Below, piece after piece: positions 1 to 13,097 of a DNA stretch of 64,000 bases. Each line of letters begins with the position of its first letter. Position 1 is the stretch's first letter. Origin of the DNA: Lingula anatina (taxonomy: Eukaryota; Animalia; Brachiopoda); NCBI GenBank assembly GCA_051362555.1, contig CM120646.1:16306001-16370000 (forward strand). The letters are read 5' to 3'. The position numbers and the translations under genes are program-made. The notes below the pieces were generated by a model that did no database searches, was not told where the DNA came from, and saw only the letters and a program-made list of their open reading frames with translations.

Positions 1-1254
1 TATTGATTAGCTTGCAGACTAGAAAAGAGTACAGCAACATTGAAAATATATTCGATCAACAACAAGCTGAACCGAATGAAGACTGTTTCTAACCTTGGTT
101 GCTTACAATGAAAACATTCTCATAAAAACTACCTACTTTAAATCAGAAGTGATACAATAAATTCCACGAAATAGCTTTCGAAATAGGAATGATATTATAT
201 CTTTACGGCAGTACGGAAGTGGAATGATTTTAGAAAATACTACGCTTTTACTTAGTCAGTATGAATCTCAGTAGATTGGGCTGTGTTATTGTTGAAACTG
301 ATTGTTTCATCTGAAAGGGATTGTGGTGAAGAATCTCTAAGTTCGAACGATGTGAACGGATGGCTTTTAATCGTTCTCCGGTCTGGCTAAGTTAGGGCGT
401 TGTCCTTGAAACAGCAGCTCTGGTAATTAAGGTGAACCACAATTTAACAGCAGTATTTGATTGGTAGACACATCAGCAATGTCAATAGTCTGGAGGCTTT
501 CTATGAGAGATTTTCTCGCCAAATCTAATTCTGCGAGAAACCATGTGATTTTCTCCTGTTCACAAAACATTACTCGGTCCGTCCCTGCACTTTGATAAGA
601 TGCTTTGTATTATTTGCAATTAAATAACTAATTCCTAACTTATCATAATTGACTTAGACTGCCATTTCTCCTTGACTTTTCAGAAAGAAATATCGACTTC
701 ATATATTTTTATTTGAAGCTTTTTGAATTGATAACGGTTAGTAGCTTTGCAGGGTATTTACACATGCCTTTTTTTAACTGTATAACCGTATAAACTGGGA
801 TAACAAAGGATAAACCATATAAATGGGGATACTTTACTTGATTTACTAAAAATAAAACAGTTGCTGATTAAGGCAAACGGCTGATATATTTTGGCGTGTT
901 AGCTGCCTTTACTTTTTCGCCGGTTTAAGTGCAAATTAAATTTATGGACATTAAGTAAGGACTAAGTTTCCACTAAAGTTCTATTGTGAAGCCAGATAAC
1001 CAAGACTTACACATACAGGTATGCATTATAAACACATCCGATAAAGGGGGTATTGGTTAAGGATTGTGTAATGCGGTATTACGTCCAAAAATGGGTCAGG
1101 CGCATTTCCTTGACGTCATTAGTTATTTCATAGTGCATGACTCCACCGAGATCTACACTTAAAAGGCTGCCCTTAATATATTCGATACTCAGGTATATTA
1201 TTCTTCTTCTCTCTATTAAAGTCTTGTATGAGGATCTGATCATCGTGCCTTTTC

Positions 1255-1845
1255 ATTTTGAAGTAGGTTGTCTCTTTAGAGAGGATGGGGTTAATTTTCA
1301 TTAATATTTTGAAATATACCTTATGGATGCTAACATAGAAAGGGAAAAATAGAGAAAATTCAAAGATAGCAGAGAATGCTTTTCTTTTAATTCCATCCGT
1401 AACATTTTCGTTTCTGCTACACAGCAGTATCTCACTCTGTCCCCTGGCTATCGGCTCTCTTTAAACAAGTATCTATTTCTAGGATTACACCAAATAACTT
1501 ATATTTGGAGAAAATAACTCTTTTTCTCAGATATTCCTGTTGATGTTCCAACAATCTGCAGTTGTATGAAGAAGACCAGCAATTGTGTATGGGAAGAGCA
1601 AGCGAGAGAATAGGCCAATGATTTGAGTGCCAATGATTATGTGGTCGTTCTCGTAAGGGCTGAAAATATTCCCTCTGCCATGACCACAGAGAGAGCTGTC
1701 CACTACATAATCACAGGTTTAGCTCTAGCTGTGCATATTCAGGCGAGGATATTTTGCACAGCGACGTCATCACTAAGTCTATCTCTTGTAGCGAGGATTG
1801 ATAATATAAACATACACTGTGCTAGCTAATTGGCCACGAATACCT
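1255..1845 (-). pseudogene. Possible highly decayed rhodopsin-class GPCR remnant
   Basis: Minus-strand translation with stops and frameshifts gives motifs in the right order: FILSILATRDRL (TM3/DRY-like), ICTARAKPVIM*WTALSVVMA (ICL2/TM4), LLFPYTIAGLLH (TM5-like), FSLFFPFYV (TM6-like) and KINPILS (NPxxY-like). Very degenerate. Confidence 0.3.
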
Positions 1846-3559
1846 TAAAGATAAATCAAAGGCGTGCTTCAAAACACACGTGTTTAAAATGAGTGGAGAG
1901 TAAGTAGGCCTATTCTTGGACACTTCAAGTCAGTTTGCGACGACCGTCGAACGCTGAGTGTCAGTTTTATCATACATGTATACTTCTCTGAACATAAGGT
2001 AATGACAAATAAAACTCACGGTTTTTCATAACCTTTTGAAATTTCCGTCATTCTAAGAAATCAGGCACTATGTAAGGCAATTGATGAACCACATTTGGCA
2101 TTCTAGAAAATGCATCGGTCGTATTATCAACAAGATCCGTTATATGGAAAATATTGTTTAAAATCAATATTATCGTATCCTAATAAATCCCTCCATTGGA
2201 AAACAAAAACACTCTTGACCGAGACTTGAAGAATAAGTAACGCACATTACTCTACAAAAAGCAATAGATTTCAATTATTTTACCATGCAAGTGAGCTTGT
2301 AAACGGATATTCCGGTAATTTGTTTATTAATCACAGTAGTAAAGGTCAAGGTAGTTAAGGTCATAAAAAGTTTCGTGGTTAAGCGCTTCAGGAGTGACTC
2401 ATTGCACTTTGAACTGCATATCGATGCCCCTGTACTGTCAGTATAACGTTCACATCAAAATTTTCTTATACGGTTCATCCAGTAAGATACGTGTTAGTAA
2501 GAAAAACGAATTAACGGAGAGGTATGCAATATATATCATTTGTCACAGAAGTGCGGGGATAATGAAGATTAGATATCTTTTTAAAAAAGACAGTGTGAGG
2601 TAGACCTTTACCTAGCAAAATTAGGATTTTCCTGGTATTTTCAACAATTCTGTTTTAACATCACGTTACAGCATATCCAAAAGCGCCGAGAAAATTGATA
2701 TTTATAAACCCATTTCGAGCTCTAAATTTTTTATCTAAACCGTCACAAGTGAAATGCAACGATTTCCATCTCCATTACGAAAATTATTGCGATACTAAGA
2801 CCTCAGACAGGGTATATGGTATAATTTGGTGATAAAAAAGAAGAAAAGTGTTGCAAATTTTGACAAATGTTGAATTGTGCCATATATACGTATATATGCA
2901 ACGGCCTTACTCTCGTTATGTGCCTTTAATAATGACTGAAAGAGGCATTAAAACGAGATTATGACAGCAGAAAAATAAAGAATTCAAATAACTATTGCAG
3001 ATATATGACGGGTACGCCAGACTGATGGTGTCACCATTGTTCAAAATATGACCTTATTGTTATGTGCTCCGATGTGAGATGCAAATGTTAAATTGATTCA
3101 GTTTTGTCCCACCAGATGGCATGACGTACCCATCACATAAATTTCCTCTCAGGCGCCGGCTCTGTTAAAATGATGGTACATGTCCAGTACAGCTATCACG
3201 AAAGCAACATAAAAAACCTGCCGTTTTCCAGATCATGTAGCTGCAAACACAGCAGGGAAAATGCCTGAGTAAGTACGAGTTGTATACTTATAAGTGCATC
3301 CTCTTTTACTTTATTCTAATTTGAGTTTGTACGTTGTCGAGCAAACCTTTTTGCAAAGGTCATTTGCGTTGATGACCTTACTTGTAGATTAAGTTTAACC
3401 TGAATAAGGTGGAATAAAATCGAACATATATATAAAGTGCAGGTGACAAGTAGTATTATATCTGAACTGTATTTCGTTTAACCACGGTAAAGATAACGAC
3501 ACACAATGCAAAAAATGGCCCTTGTCGACGCCGATATTGTGGTGTACAGACTTTAAGTC

Positions 3560-3812
3560 TAGATTGCATTTGAAATGCGATGCCAGTACGGTGCACGTAT
3601 ACCGCCCGTAATACCCCTTTGGTACAGCGTCTGAGCGGAGGTAGACGGTGGCCGTGCAAAATCGCACGGATTCGTACGGATTGAAGGCCATGTAATGTAG
3701 ACATACTCGGCGTAGCCCGTAGCTCCTTACGATTTCAAAAAAAAAAAAAAAAAAAAAATTCTCACGGACAATTTCATCGCACGGCGCCCGTATAAATGTA
3801 ATCAAGGCTTTA
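3560..3812. mobile_element. Right end of a non-autonomous DNA transposon (PIF/Harbinger-like), partial
   Basis: GC-rich subterminal repeats (gcacgg/cgtacgg/gcccgta) end in aatgtaatcaaggct-tta. No left TIR found. Confidence 0.3.
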
Positions 3813-6800
3813 GTCTTCTTATTTAATAGAGCCATCACCTGGATTTTTAAAAAATCAAATAACTGATTGCAGAAGGATGACGAGTTAAGCCGTGGCATCG
3901 ACATGCATTTCCATCACACTTCCAGTGAATTGGCCTAAGTTCCTCTCAATGGTTAAGGTCAAGTATGCACTTTTATTTTTATAGCCATTGATATGTGGGG
4001 ACATGATAAAACAATACTGATTCACACATTTCTTCAAATTACATATTGTGGTGTGGCGAATTTCAGAAGGATCCTTTATGCCTTTGATGCAATAGGTAAA
4101 GGCTTTTCAACAAAACAAATGAATGTTCATCGCAGTTGGTTATTTCAAATTTGCATTTGCAGAAAGGCCAACAATTTCCGAGCCGAAATCGTTGTTTTTC
4201 ATCTGGTGCCTTGAGGGAAAAACGTAATCGAGCAACTGCATTACTCCTGAAGTCACATAATCTTTTTTCCTTTTATCATTAAACAAGGGTCTACGTGTGA
4301 TAATGTAAAAGGCCTACACGTTAAGATGTGTAGAAAAAACCATGAAAAGATTAGGTTTCTGAAGTTTTTTCCGACTTGATTCATTTTATTGCCTAGACAT
4401 ATTTGTTAATTGTAAATGAGCTTGATCACCTGTAGATTATATTCTAAGGGCGTTTTTTTCTATTTGTGGAGAGAAGCTACCTATTCACGTGCGTGGTAAT
4501 CAATGGCTATTTGCTTCAGGGTAACCAGTTAAATCAAGTACTCTTTGAATAAGGTACTTTGGCGCAAGTGAGTAGAATATCTTTTCGGCCTATTTGATGT
4601 ACTGGAATGAGATACAAACCAGTTTCTTCAAATAGTTAGGTCCACACTCGACTGCGAGTTTGTGCCACTTATGAGCGATTGCAAATATGTCCAGGACGCC
4701 CAATGGCATCCCAAACCAGAAAATGATGATGTTTCATTAAACTGTTTCAGCTCATTTGTCCCCCCCTCCCCCGCCAATCTGTTCGCTTTTGAGCATTTGT
4801 TGAGCTGCGAGTGACAAGTGCGTCCCTTTTTGCTTGCTTTCCTTGTTTGCCTCCTCACAGCAAAGATAGGCGACTCCTTATGCAATGTTTTGGCAACAAT
4901 TTTACCTTCTCTCTGCGTCATCGTAGGCGACTAAAGGAAACTACATTGTATGGCAATCTCTGTTTGACCAAGAGACACACGAATTGCATGGAGACGCATG
5001 GTCAATCATAACGCATTCGTCTTGCAACCTCGACATGCTTGTGGCCCCTTTTTTATCTCATTTGAGCAACCAATTTCCTCTTAGTGCAACCGTTTAAAAC
5101 GTTCAGTAATTTGTTTGGGTATTTAACGATATCCGGACTTTCTCTTTGCCATTTTGAACGACATGTTCAATCATTTGGTCTCATTTGAAATAGAGATAGA
5201 GTTATGGATGCTGCATATCTAATCGTAAAAAATAAAGTCAGACTCTCGATTTCCGGACATTCATCATGCTGGAAAATTCATACAGTTTCCTTATGTTAGT
5301 TTTGGCGTTTTATCTTATTTCTTGACAAATACAGACTATAAACTCGCTGCTCGTAAAAATGCTTCAAAGATACCTTTTTTGAAGGGGATGCTTTTTTTTA
5401 TTTATGTGAAACGTTCACCCCCTTAAGGTTTTGTTTCATTTTTGGGGGTAAGTTCTTATTAAACGTATCTTAAAATTTCATAATTTTTGAGCTGACTCTA
5501 TGAATACCTCTCATATGAACTCAAAACTATTCAACTATTTTGTGAAAGTTCCCAATTTGATGATTATGGCCCCTGGTTTTATGGAAAAAGTATCTAAAAA
5601 GTATGTTAAAGATAAGACACGGGATTTTGATGTTTTTTCGCAGATACGGCCCTAGTTTGAATATGTCCTTGCCTAAATGAATTAAGGTCGGCTCGCAGCC
5701 GTGGGAACAGGACGTGCAAGTACCACATGTACCACCTGCCTTATATCTATCAAGTCATAGTGTTATCGTCATTTTTATTCATTGGCAAAAGTAATTTTCT
5801 CAGATCATTAATTCTATAAAGATAACTTTCTGCCCAAGTACGTTCATGTAAGCAGATTGATGACTGTCGTTCTCATTTGATTTCTTCAGAATTTCCCGTT
5901 TTAAAAAAAGCAACTACGTTATTTCTGTAAATGATTAAGGTGAATTGGTCTAAAGTAATTGCCTTATCTCGGTAACAGTTGATGACCAAGTGTATGACCT
6001 CTTTATTCATCTCAGCTGTACTCAAGGGCAACGATACAGCACATGAATCGAATATGGTGCTAGAGTATATCTAGTCCATAATGTCTGGCTGGAAAATTCG
6101 TTTAGAAATCATTGCTAGTGTAAAGTATTGGGAGAGTTATAAACCCCAAATGTCCCAAAGTAAGTACTTTTGGGTCCGTTAACTTTGTACATGTATTCCT
6201 TGCACAGACTTAGGCTGGATGCCGTGAGTTGGCCAGCCAATAAGAGCAGTAAAATTGACGCATCCTCTATTGAAACCCTAACCGTTACTTTGCCAGGAGA
6301 GCGAAAGCGATGTTAAGTACTGCTAAAAAGGCCAAGGTCTAACTGGCCTTTTTACCGGCAATAGAGGTCTTCTTATTCGTTAGAAGGCACAATTTGTCCA
6401 GCAAGGACAAAGAGTTATGTCTTTTACTAACGACTAACCAGAAATTGGCATATTTTGTGTAATTAGCGGTCTTGAATATTTATTATTTTAGACTTTTAAA
6501 AACTAAATCTATAGACGTAATTTACAATCTCAATTAAGAGAATGGTTTGCAACGACATGGAGGGACGGTTTATAGACAGATTGGAGAATGGAACATGTTT
6601 AAAGAAAAGCTATGGATATTTTTCATGCCTAGTGTATATATGATCTGTTAAATGGTGAATAATGGAATCATTCCTGTCTCTTTGCTCAAGGTGGTTAATA
6701 ATTTCGATCTAAGAAAGAAATTAAAATTACTTGGGATTTCGCCCTGCTTGAGAAGAAAGCACAAGATGTCAAAATGACCTAGAATATAGAGACACATTTT

Positions 6801-9800
6801 GAAACAGTGATAAATAACACAGAATGGATATCATCCAGCTTAACAAAGGCATAATTGACACATTAAAGAAAATATACACCGCCACATTAATGATATAAGT
6901 GCCACGTTAATGATATAAGTGCCATTCAGTATGAACTATGTATACTGTATATACGCGTCCCGGAACACACTCGGCGCCTGGAACTTTCTATCAAGTGTTA
7001 TATACGTTATTTTCTTTGCAATACAAATATTTTTATCTATCTCAGTAACTGAGATTCAGTTACGCTTTTATCCTGTCACTGAGTTCTTCAAGTTGTTTTG
7101 ACGTAAGCGAACGCTTTTATTGGGAACTCAAAATAAGAAGCGGATTATATAAGATAACACAATGTTAACCTAGTTGTTTTTATGAAACCGTAGCCTGTTG
7201 ATGAATTCACCGAGGGAGACTAAAATGACAAATATAGACATTCAGCGCAAGAGATAAAGAAAGGAGTCTTGGAATGGAATGGGGGGGGGGATAGATAAAA
7301 CACAAACGTTAAAAATATAAGTTAATTTTTTTATAATTTAATTAAAATGATAAGAAGGGTTGAACGGGAAGGAGAAATAAGCAACTAACGTAATTACTCA
7401 TGGCATTCGTTGAAATTAAAGAAGGCGAATGAAAGGTGGTGGGTGGGTGGGTGGGGGAGGGGGGGTGAAGACGAACGTAAGTAACCAAATCATTGCTTGA
7501 ATGTATTGGAAAGGGCGAAAAAACTCATACATTTAGATATTTTCGAATATTAGGTAGGCGTAACTAAGCCAATTTTCAAGGAACCGTTATTATATACCCA
7601 GTGCAAATAATATCATTTATATAACTAAATTGGCTGGAATGATATGTTCCAGTGCCAGTATGATGGTTTTACTAAAAGGTGAATAGATAATTGGTTGGAA
7701 ATCCTAGATATAATGAAAAACCAGTATATTTCAATGGCGGTTTTTATCCGTATAAAGATTCCCCTTGTCATGTACACGCACAGGTTATGGAAACGTGGAG
7801 ATACGCGTTTTAATCGTTTTAATTTTTTTATCATTCCAAGGTGTAAAAGCGTGTTTGTGGTCTAGCGCTATCTGTGCCCACGTGACCCAACGCGGAAATT
7901 TTCGCTGAATGCAATCAGATAAACCGAAGACATGCCTCTTAGAGCAGCTAGTGGATGATTAATTTTCTCGCGTGGCCGGTCGCACACTAAATGAATTGAA
8001 AACGCTCCCAGAAGCCCCACGCCTCCTAGAAAATACTGGATCCGCAAGTGCATTCGTCTGCAGAGCTTTTCGGTAATCTTGCATTGCTGAGTACAGGACA
8101 CATATCTGTGAGGCGTGGTGTGTCTTTTACCCTTCTGAGAAGTGAGAGGGTTTCAATTCATCTTTTTGCAAAAGAGGACAGTGGCTTGGATCTGCGTTCG
8201 CCTTTTATTTTCGTTTAAACAACTTATGTTTCCAATATTTGAAAGATATTGTGAGAAAAACAGACCTTAGGTATAATTCTCTATCATGATTGCTTTTAAA
8301 GGCATTCCAATCCTTGGGCAAAAGAAATGGCCACATGTAAAATCTGGGATAAATGTCTGCATAAAGCTAAGTGTTATTAGCCTGATCCCGACGGCTTCAC
8401 GCCAGAATTTTGTCCTAAATACGGCGTATAAGATACAAAGAAGCTTCTTTTGATTGAAAGTGTGGTGATATGCTCTTGACTGGCAAGGCACTTCCATTGT
8501 ACACACTGCAAATACTGGTATCATATTATACAAATCTATCCGCGATAGAGTGTTTTGCTAATTGGATTGAATGTCGTCATCAAGTAAACTGAACACGGGA
8601 TGTGTTTTCTGTGACGTACGCGTCCCAATTAACCTTGAAATAATCTAGATTCAGGACACTGGTGCAGGTATCAAAATTCATCCTTTTGTCGTTGGCATAT
8701 TAAATCAGCAATTGCTTCGTATGCAATATTGCAGTAATTATTCTTCGTGTATCATATCTAACTTATGTAGAGATGTGCTTATCTTTTATAACCTGGCGGT
8801 TGATACATTACGATTTCAATTTACGTGTACTATTACATTTGTGTTTTGTAACTACGTGCATATGGTTTATATATGCTAAAGGTGTTTTCTCAGACAATAA
8901 AAAAAGCAAAAAGCAATTTTATTCTGTGAAAAAGATATGTAACGTATGACGCAAAAGTGTCTTTTTTGTCATCGACAATGAAAAAAAAAGCATCCTGTTG
9001 TTTTGCTTCTTCATTTTTTTCGTGGTACAGACATCCCGCATCTTGGAATCACTGATATAATTTCAGTCAGAGACCAAAGCGAATACAATTCCGTTGGAAC
9101 AATTGGTTTGCAAACACATGTACACAGACGACGGACGGGCCTTCCGTAATGGAAAGAAGTAACTGTAACAGCTTGCTACCTGAATTATACTCCCGTCTGA
9201 GATGCTATACAACCACAATTAAGATTTCAAAAAGGTAATTGGGTTTATCATCATTATGCCATTAATCACTTAGTTATTACTAACAGTTGTTTATTATCTT
9301 AACTGGTTTCTCCATATATTACATGCTAACCGTTTTCGTGTAAGATTCAGAACCCATACACTGTACTCCAATGACTCTACGGAGAAATGTTTCCTTACAA
9401 TCGTCATGCGTTGAAGTCGTTGTGGTGGATTCGCCAGATCACTTTATTCACTCATTGATACAGATTATTTGAAGGAAAATCCCCTAAGGTAAAGATTTTA
9501 TGTTCATCGTATTGTTTTTTTTTTCGTCACTTTGAATAGGTTTGGCAAACAGAGTTTTTGTAATACAAGGCGTTTTGGCCAAAACAGGTGTTACACTGTA
9601 GTCCTTTAGTTTCCCCCACTGACTACGATCTCTGTTAGATATAATCCTTCTGTTTCTCGTGATGTACTAGGGCTACTTGCTCACCAGCATTACATATGTG
9701 CACGTCCACGGCACTGGGTATTACCAATGGGTTATCGTCTTTGAAATATTTTGAAATATTTCAAAATTTTCCAATGTGTTGGATTACAATGGGGATGCTT

Positions 9801-10362
9801 TCATGTGAAAGGGGATGGATTTGTCTAATTATAAGAAGCAATTTTATGTTTCCAAACATTGCTGTGTATTTTAAACTTTTTAATTCCTAGCCGAAAGTGA
9901 CACTCAAACAGCGCTTATATCTGGGACACCGACTGGTATGTTTTGCAAACGCGAATTTGCTTATCTAGATTCCGCGTCGGTAGGAGGACATGTGACAGGT
10001 AATAGACGCATGACTGCTGCAGAAAACTTCCTCCAAACGCTGCTGAGGCTCAGATTCTGTAACATTGGCTGGATGCCAAATGATCAACGCATCCTATGAG
10101 TAATTTGCGCGATACTGATATTCTCTTCAAAGTTTCTGAGGAAAATGCCAGAAACCAGTTTTATGGAGCTTAAGGAAAAGCGATGGTCTACATTCATAAT
10201 AAGACAAGGTTCCGAAATGATGTATTTGCGTTTTTCTCGAAGCATGGGAAGATTTCACTTTAAACATGATCGAGAAACCCTGAGTACAGCAAGGTTAACT
10301 ATTGATCAGTGTGTTTTTGAACATATTCTGTAAATCGAACTTTCCCATTAAGATTCAGAGAA

Positions 10363-10460
10363 ACCCCAGCAAACACACAACGTTTTATTAAGTTGCCATA
10401 ACGCTTTTTGGCTATATAAACGATATTGTAATGTTATAATAACGTGCTTTGTTTCCTGAG
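10363..10460. mobile_element. Short palindromic MITE (cccagcaaacac-type)
   Basis: Degenerate inverted ends cccagcaaacacacaacgt ... acgtgctttgtttcctgag; related copy at 56108-56202. Confidence 0.4.
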
Positions 10461-10998
10461 ACTTATGTTCTAACTGATTTACTTGAGCACACTTGAGGAG
10501 TTCACATGAAAGTTTGGTGCTTCTTAGAATGTTTCAAACCTCCTTTTAACTTCAAGAACAGGATTTTTAGAACGTGTAGCAAGAAATATCGAAGGGTTAT
10601 GTTGACAACTGATTATAAATTCATTTCTCAGGTCTCCTACATAGGCGAGGCATCCCGAGTTTCATTTGAAGTGTAAAAAGTCCATGGCCACGAAAACCGT
10701 AAAAGGCCACATTGAAGCCAAATGTATATGCGTTTTTCTATTTCACAGTTATAAAATAACAGATTTGACAATATAATTGTCAGCTCCAGAAAGAAAAAAA
10801 AAGTTGTCCGTGTCCCACACTTCTTGTTCTCCCCAGGTTCGTCCATTTTGATCAATTTCATGTGTCCTCTGAAAGTATCGGAGTATACCACGCCTCTGTC
10901 TGTATTCATTAATTGCATGATCATCATATTATATCGATATATTTCGTGGCGAGGAAATTAAATGCTATTCAACAGGGAATACCTCCTCCTGCCCCCCA

Positions 10999-11037
<39 letters not shown>

Positions 11038-11053
11038 TGTGTGAAAGAGAGAG
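10999..11053. repeat. Compound microsatellite (CT)n(GT)n(GA)n
   Basis: Directly visible. Confidence 0.95.
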
Positions 11054-13014
11054 AAAAGGAACCTTGAGAAAGCCTATCCCCAATGCGGAATACCTTTACA
11101 TGGGTTGATCAATAAAAGTAGCCGTAAAAATCAGCGATTTTATTGTACCGCTATCAGTGTAAAGCAATGTATTCCAACCAGTGAGACAGTTTGTCAGTGA
11201 GCCAGGCGGCATACTTCTTATATAATTCTAACCTTAATACATCCTGTACTTAATCACGCGATTATACATCCCCTATTAACAGAAACTTTTTTTCTTTTTT
11301 AATTAGGAACACCCACTACACCTCCGTGCTCATGTACCGTTAGCAGCGTCTAACATTCAGTGCGATTAAAACTGAATCTTGTATCAATTTGAGCACAAGC
11401 GTCTGGAGCCAAGCTTCCATAACTGTTATAGCTCGAGTACTTCAGCAAGGTTAACCCGTAGTCCACATAAATACAGTAAATACTACTCTGAAACGTTAGC
11501 CATTTTCCTCTGTTATAAAAAAGACACTGCGTTTCATTTAAATTCTACCGATTTGACTCGGGTCAAAGTGGACATACATTATGGTTTAAAAGTTTACGCC
11601 ATTTTTCTTGCCGAATAAAAGCTCTTTTATTCGTGAGATGGGTTTCATAACACAAGGTTGAACTGATCTCAGGATTAAGCTAATCCTGTCCGATCATGAT
11701 TAGAAGTTTACGTGAGCCGATTTCCTTGATGCCACGACACGAACTGATCACGTTTTTAAACATAAAAAGTGGTATTGTTATAGACTGCAAATGGTTCCAA
11801 TATAAAAAAAAACAAGCTAAGTTGCCCTAAAAATAATCCTATTAGGAGACTGTGATTGTCATACATCCGTCCATAATTATCGAGTGCACACACAAGGCTC
11901 AGGTACAAGTTTCGTACACGCAAACTGAAAAGTATCCAATGACTGCATGCTCGATATTCATGTTTCAGTAGTTGGTGGTGGTGATGGCGGTGGTGGTTTG
12001 GGGGGGGGGGGGGTGAAGGCACAAGGATTTCAAACTTTCCACCTTTTTTTTACTATACATAGTAGGGAACGGGGATGGAAAACTTGCTTAGGTGTATCTC
12101 GCTTCGCTCGTGATTGTTTTTTCTCTTTTTGAGGAGGTAAAGGCAGAAGTGGTCACCCTGAAGGTAGAAAAAGACACGTGCTCGCCACTAATTTCCCCGC
12201 CTTGCCCCAGCTTGCATCATTACTCTTACCTGAAAGCGTAATAAAAAGGGGTACATTTAAGATTTTTGGCATGGTCCAGTGATAGGCAATCACATTGGCC
12301 CCATCCCTCGTTATATTTTTACTCAATTATGCGACAGACTTGATACATAATACACTTCGAACCGAGTTTTTAAAATCCTGAAATGTAAGGACTTCAAAAT
12401 GATGTATTTTCTTTACGTGAGATGCACATTTTTCATATTGCACAAGCAGAAAAACCCCAGAGTAGGCTTATTGTGGAGCTCGATGTTTCCAAACTTAACC
12501 AAACACTTTTTAAAAGGATTAAGGAAGTTTCGCTTGTAGATCATTTTGAAGTTGAACCATGTCTGAGAATTTAGACCTGACACAACTAACAAAGTCTAAT
12601 CATGGCTTTCTTCTACTGTATCAGTTTTTCAATTTCACATAGTATACAAATACATATTTGGACCAAAAAGTCTCAGGATATCTGCAGCACACCTGACACG
12701 TCTCTCCCTGTTACAGTGGCTCAATTTATTTTTGATGGTTTTACTGCAACTTACGGTCTTACTTTACTTGGCTTGGTCGAATTACGTTATCAAAATATTA
12801 GTCTGTATTAGTCAGAGAAACAAGAAAGCCATTAAGGGGAAATTATGTTTTCAGAAATATATTAAATGTACACCGCTTGCAAAATTTTTGTGTGAGTGTG
12901 TGTGCGTACCTGCGTGCCTGCGTGCATGTGTGTGTGTGACGTATATTTTCTTGAGAGCAAATCAATCTGAACATTCCTTAGGTCTTCAACATGACGTTTC
13001 CACTGCCCTAAAAC

Positions 13015-13015
<1 letters not shown>

Positions 13016-13070
<55 letters not shown>

Positions 13071-13097
13071 ACAATAATAACAATATATATATATATA
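13016..13097. repeat. (TA)n microsatellite
   Basis: Directly visible; explains the YIYIYI ORFs. Confidence 0.95.

Noticed and set aside
3395-3904. 169-aa minus-strand ORF
   Set aside because: Runs through a poly(A) tract (poly-Phe) and a GC-rich repeat; no recognisable domain.
6881-6924. 20-bp tandem duplication (similar short duplications near 23843-23910 and 32055-32172)
   Set aside because: Ordinary local slippage duplications.
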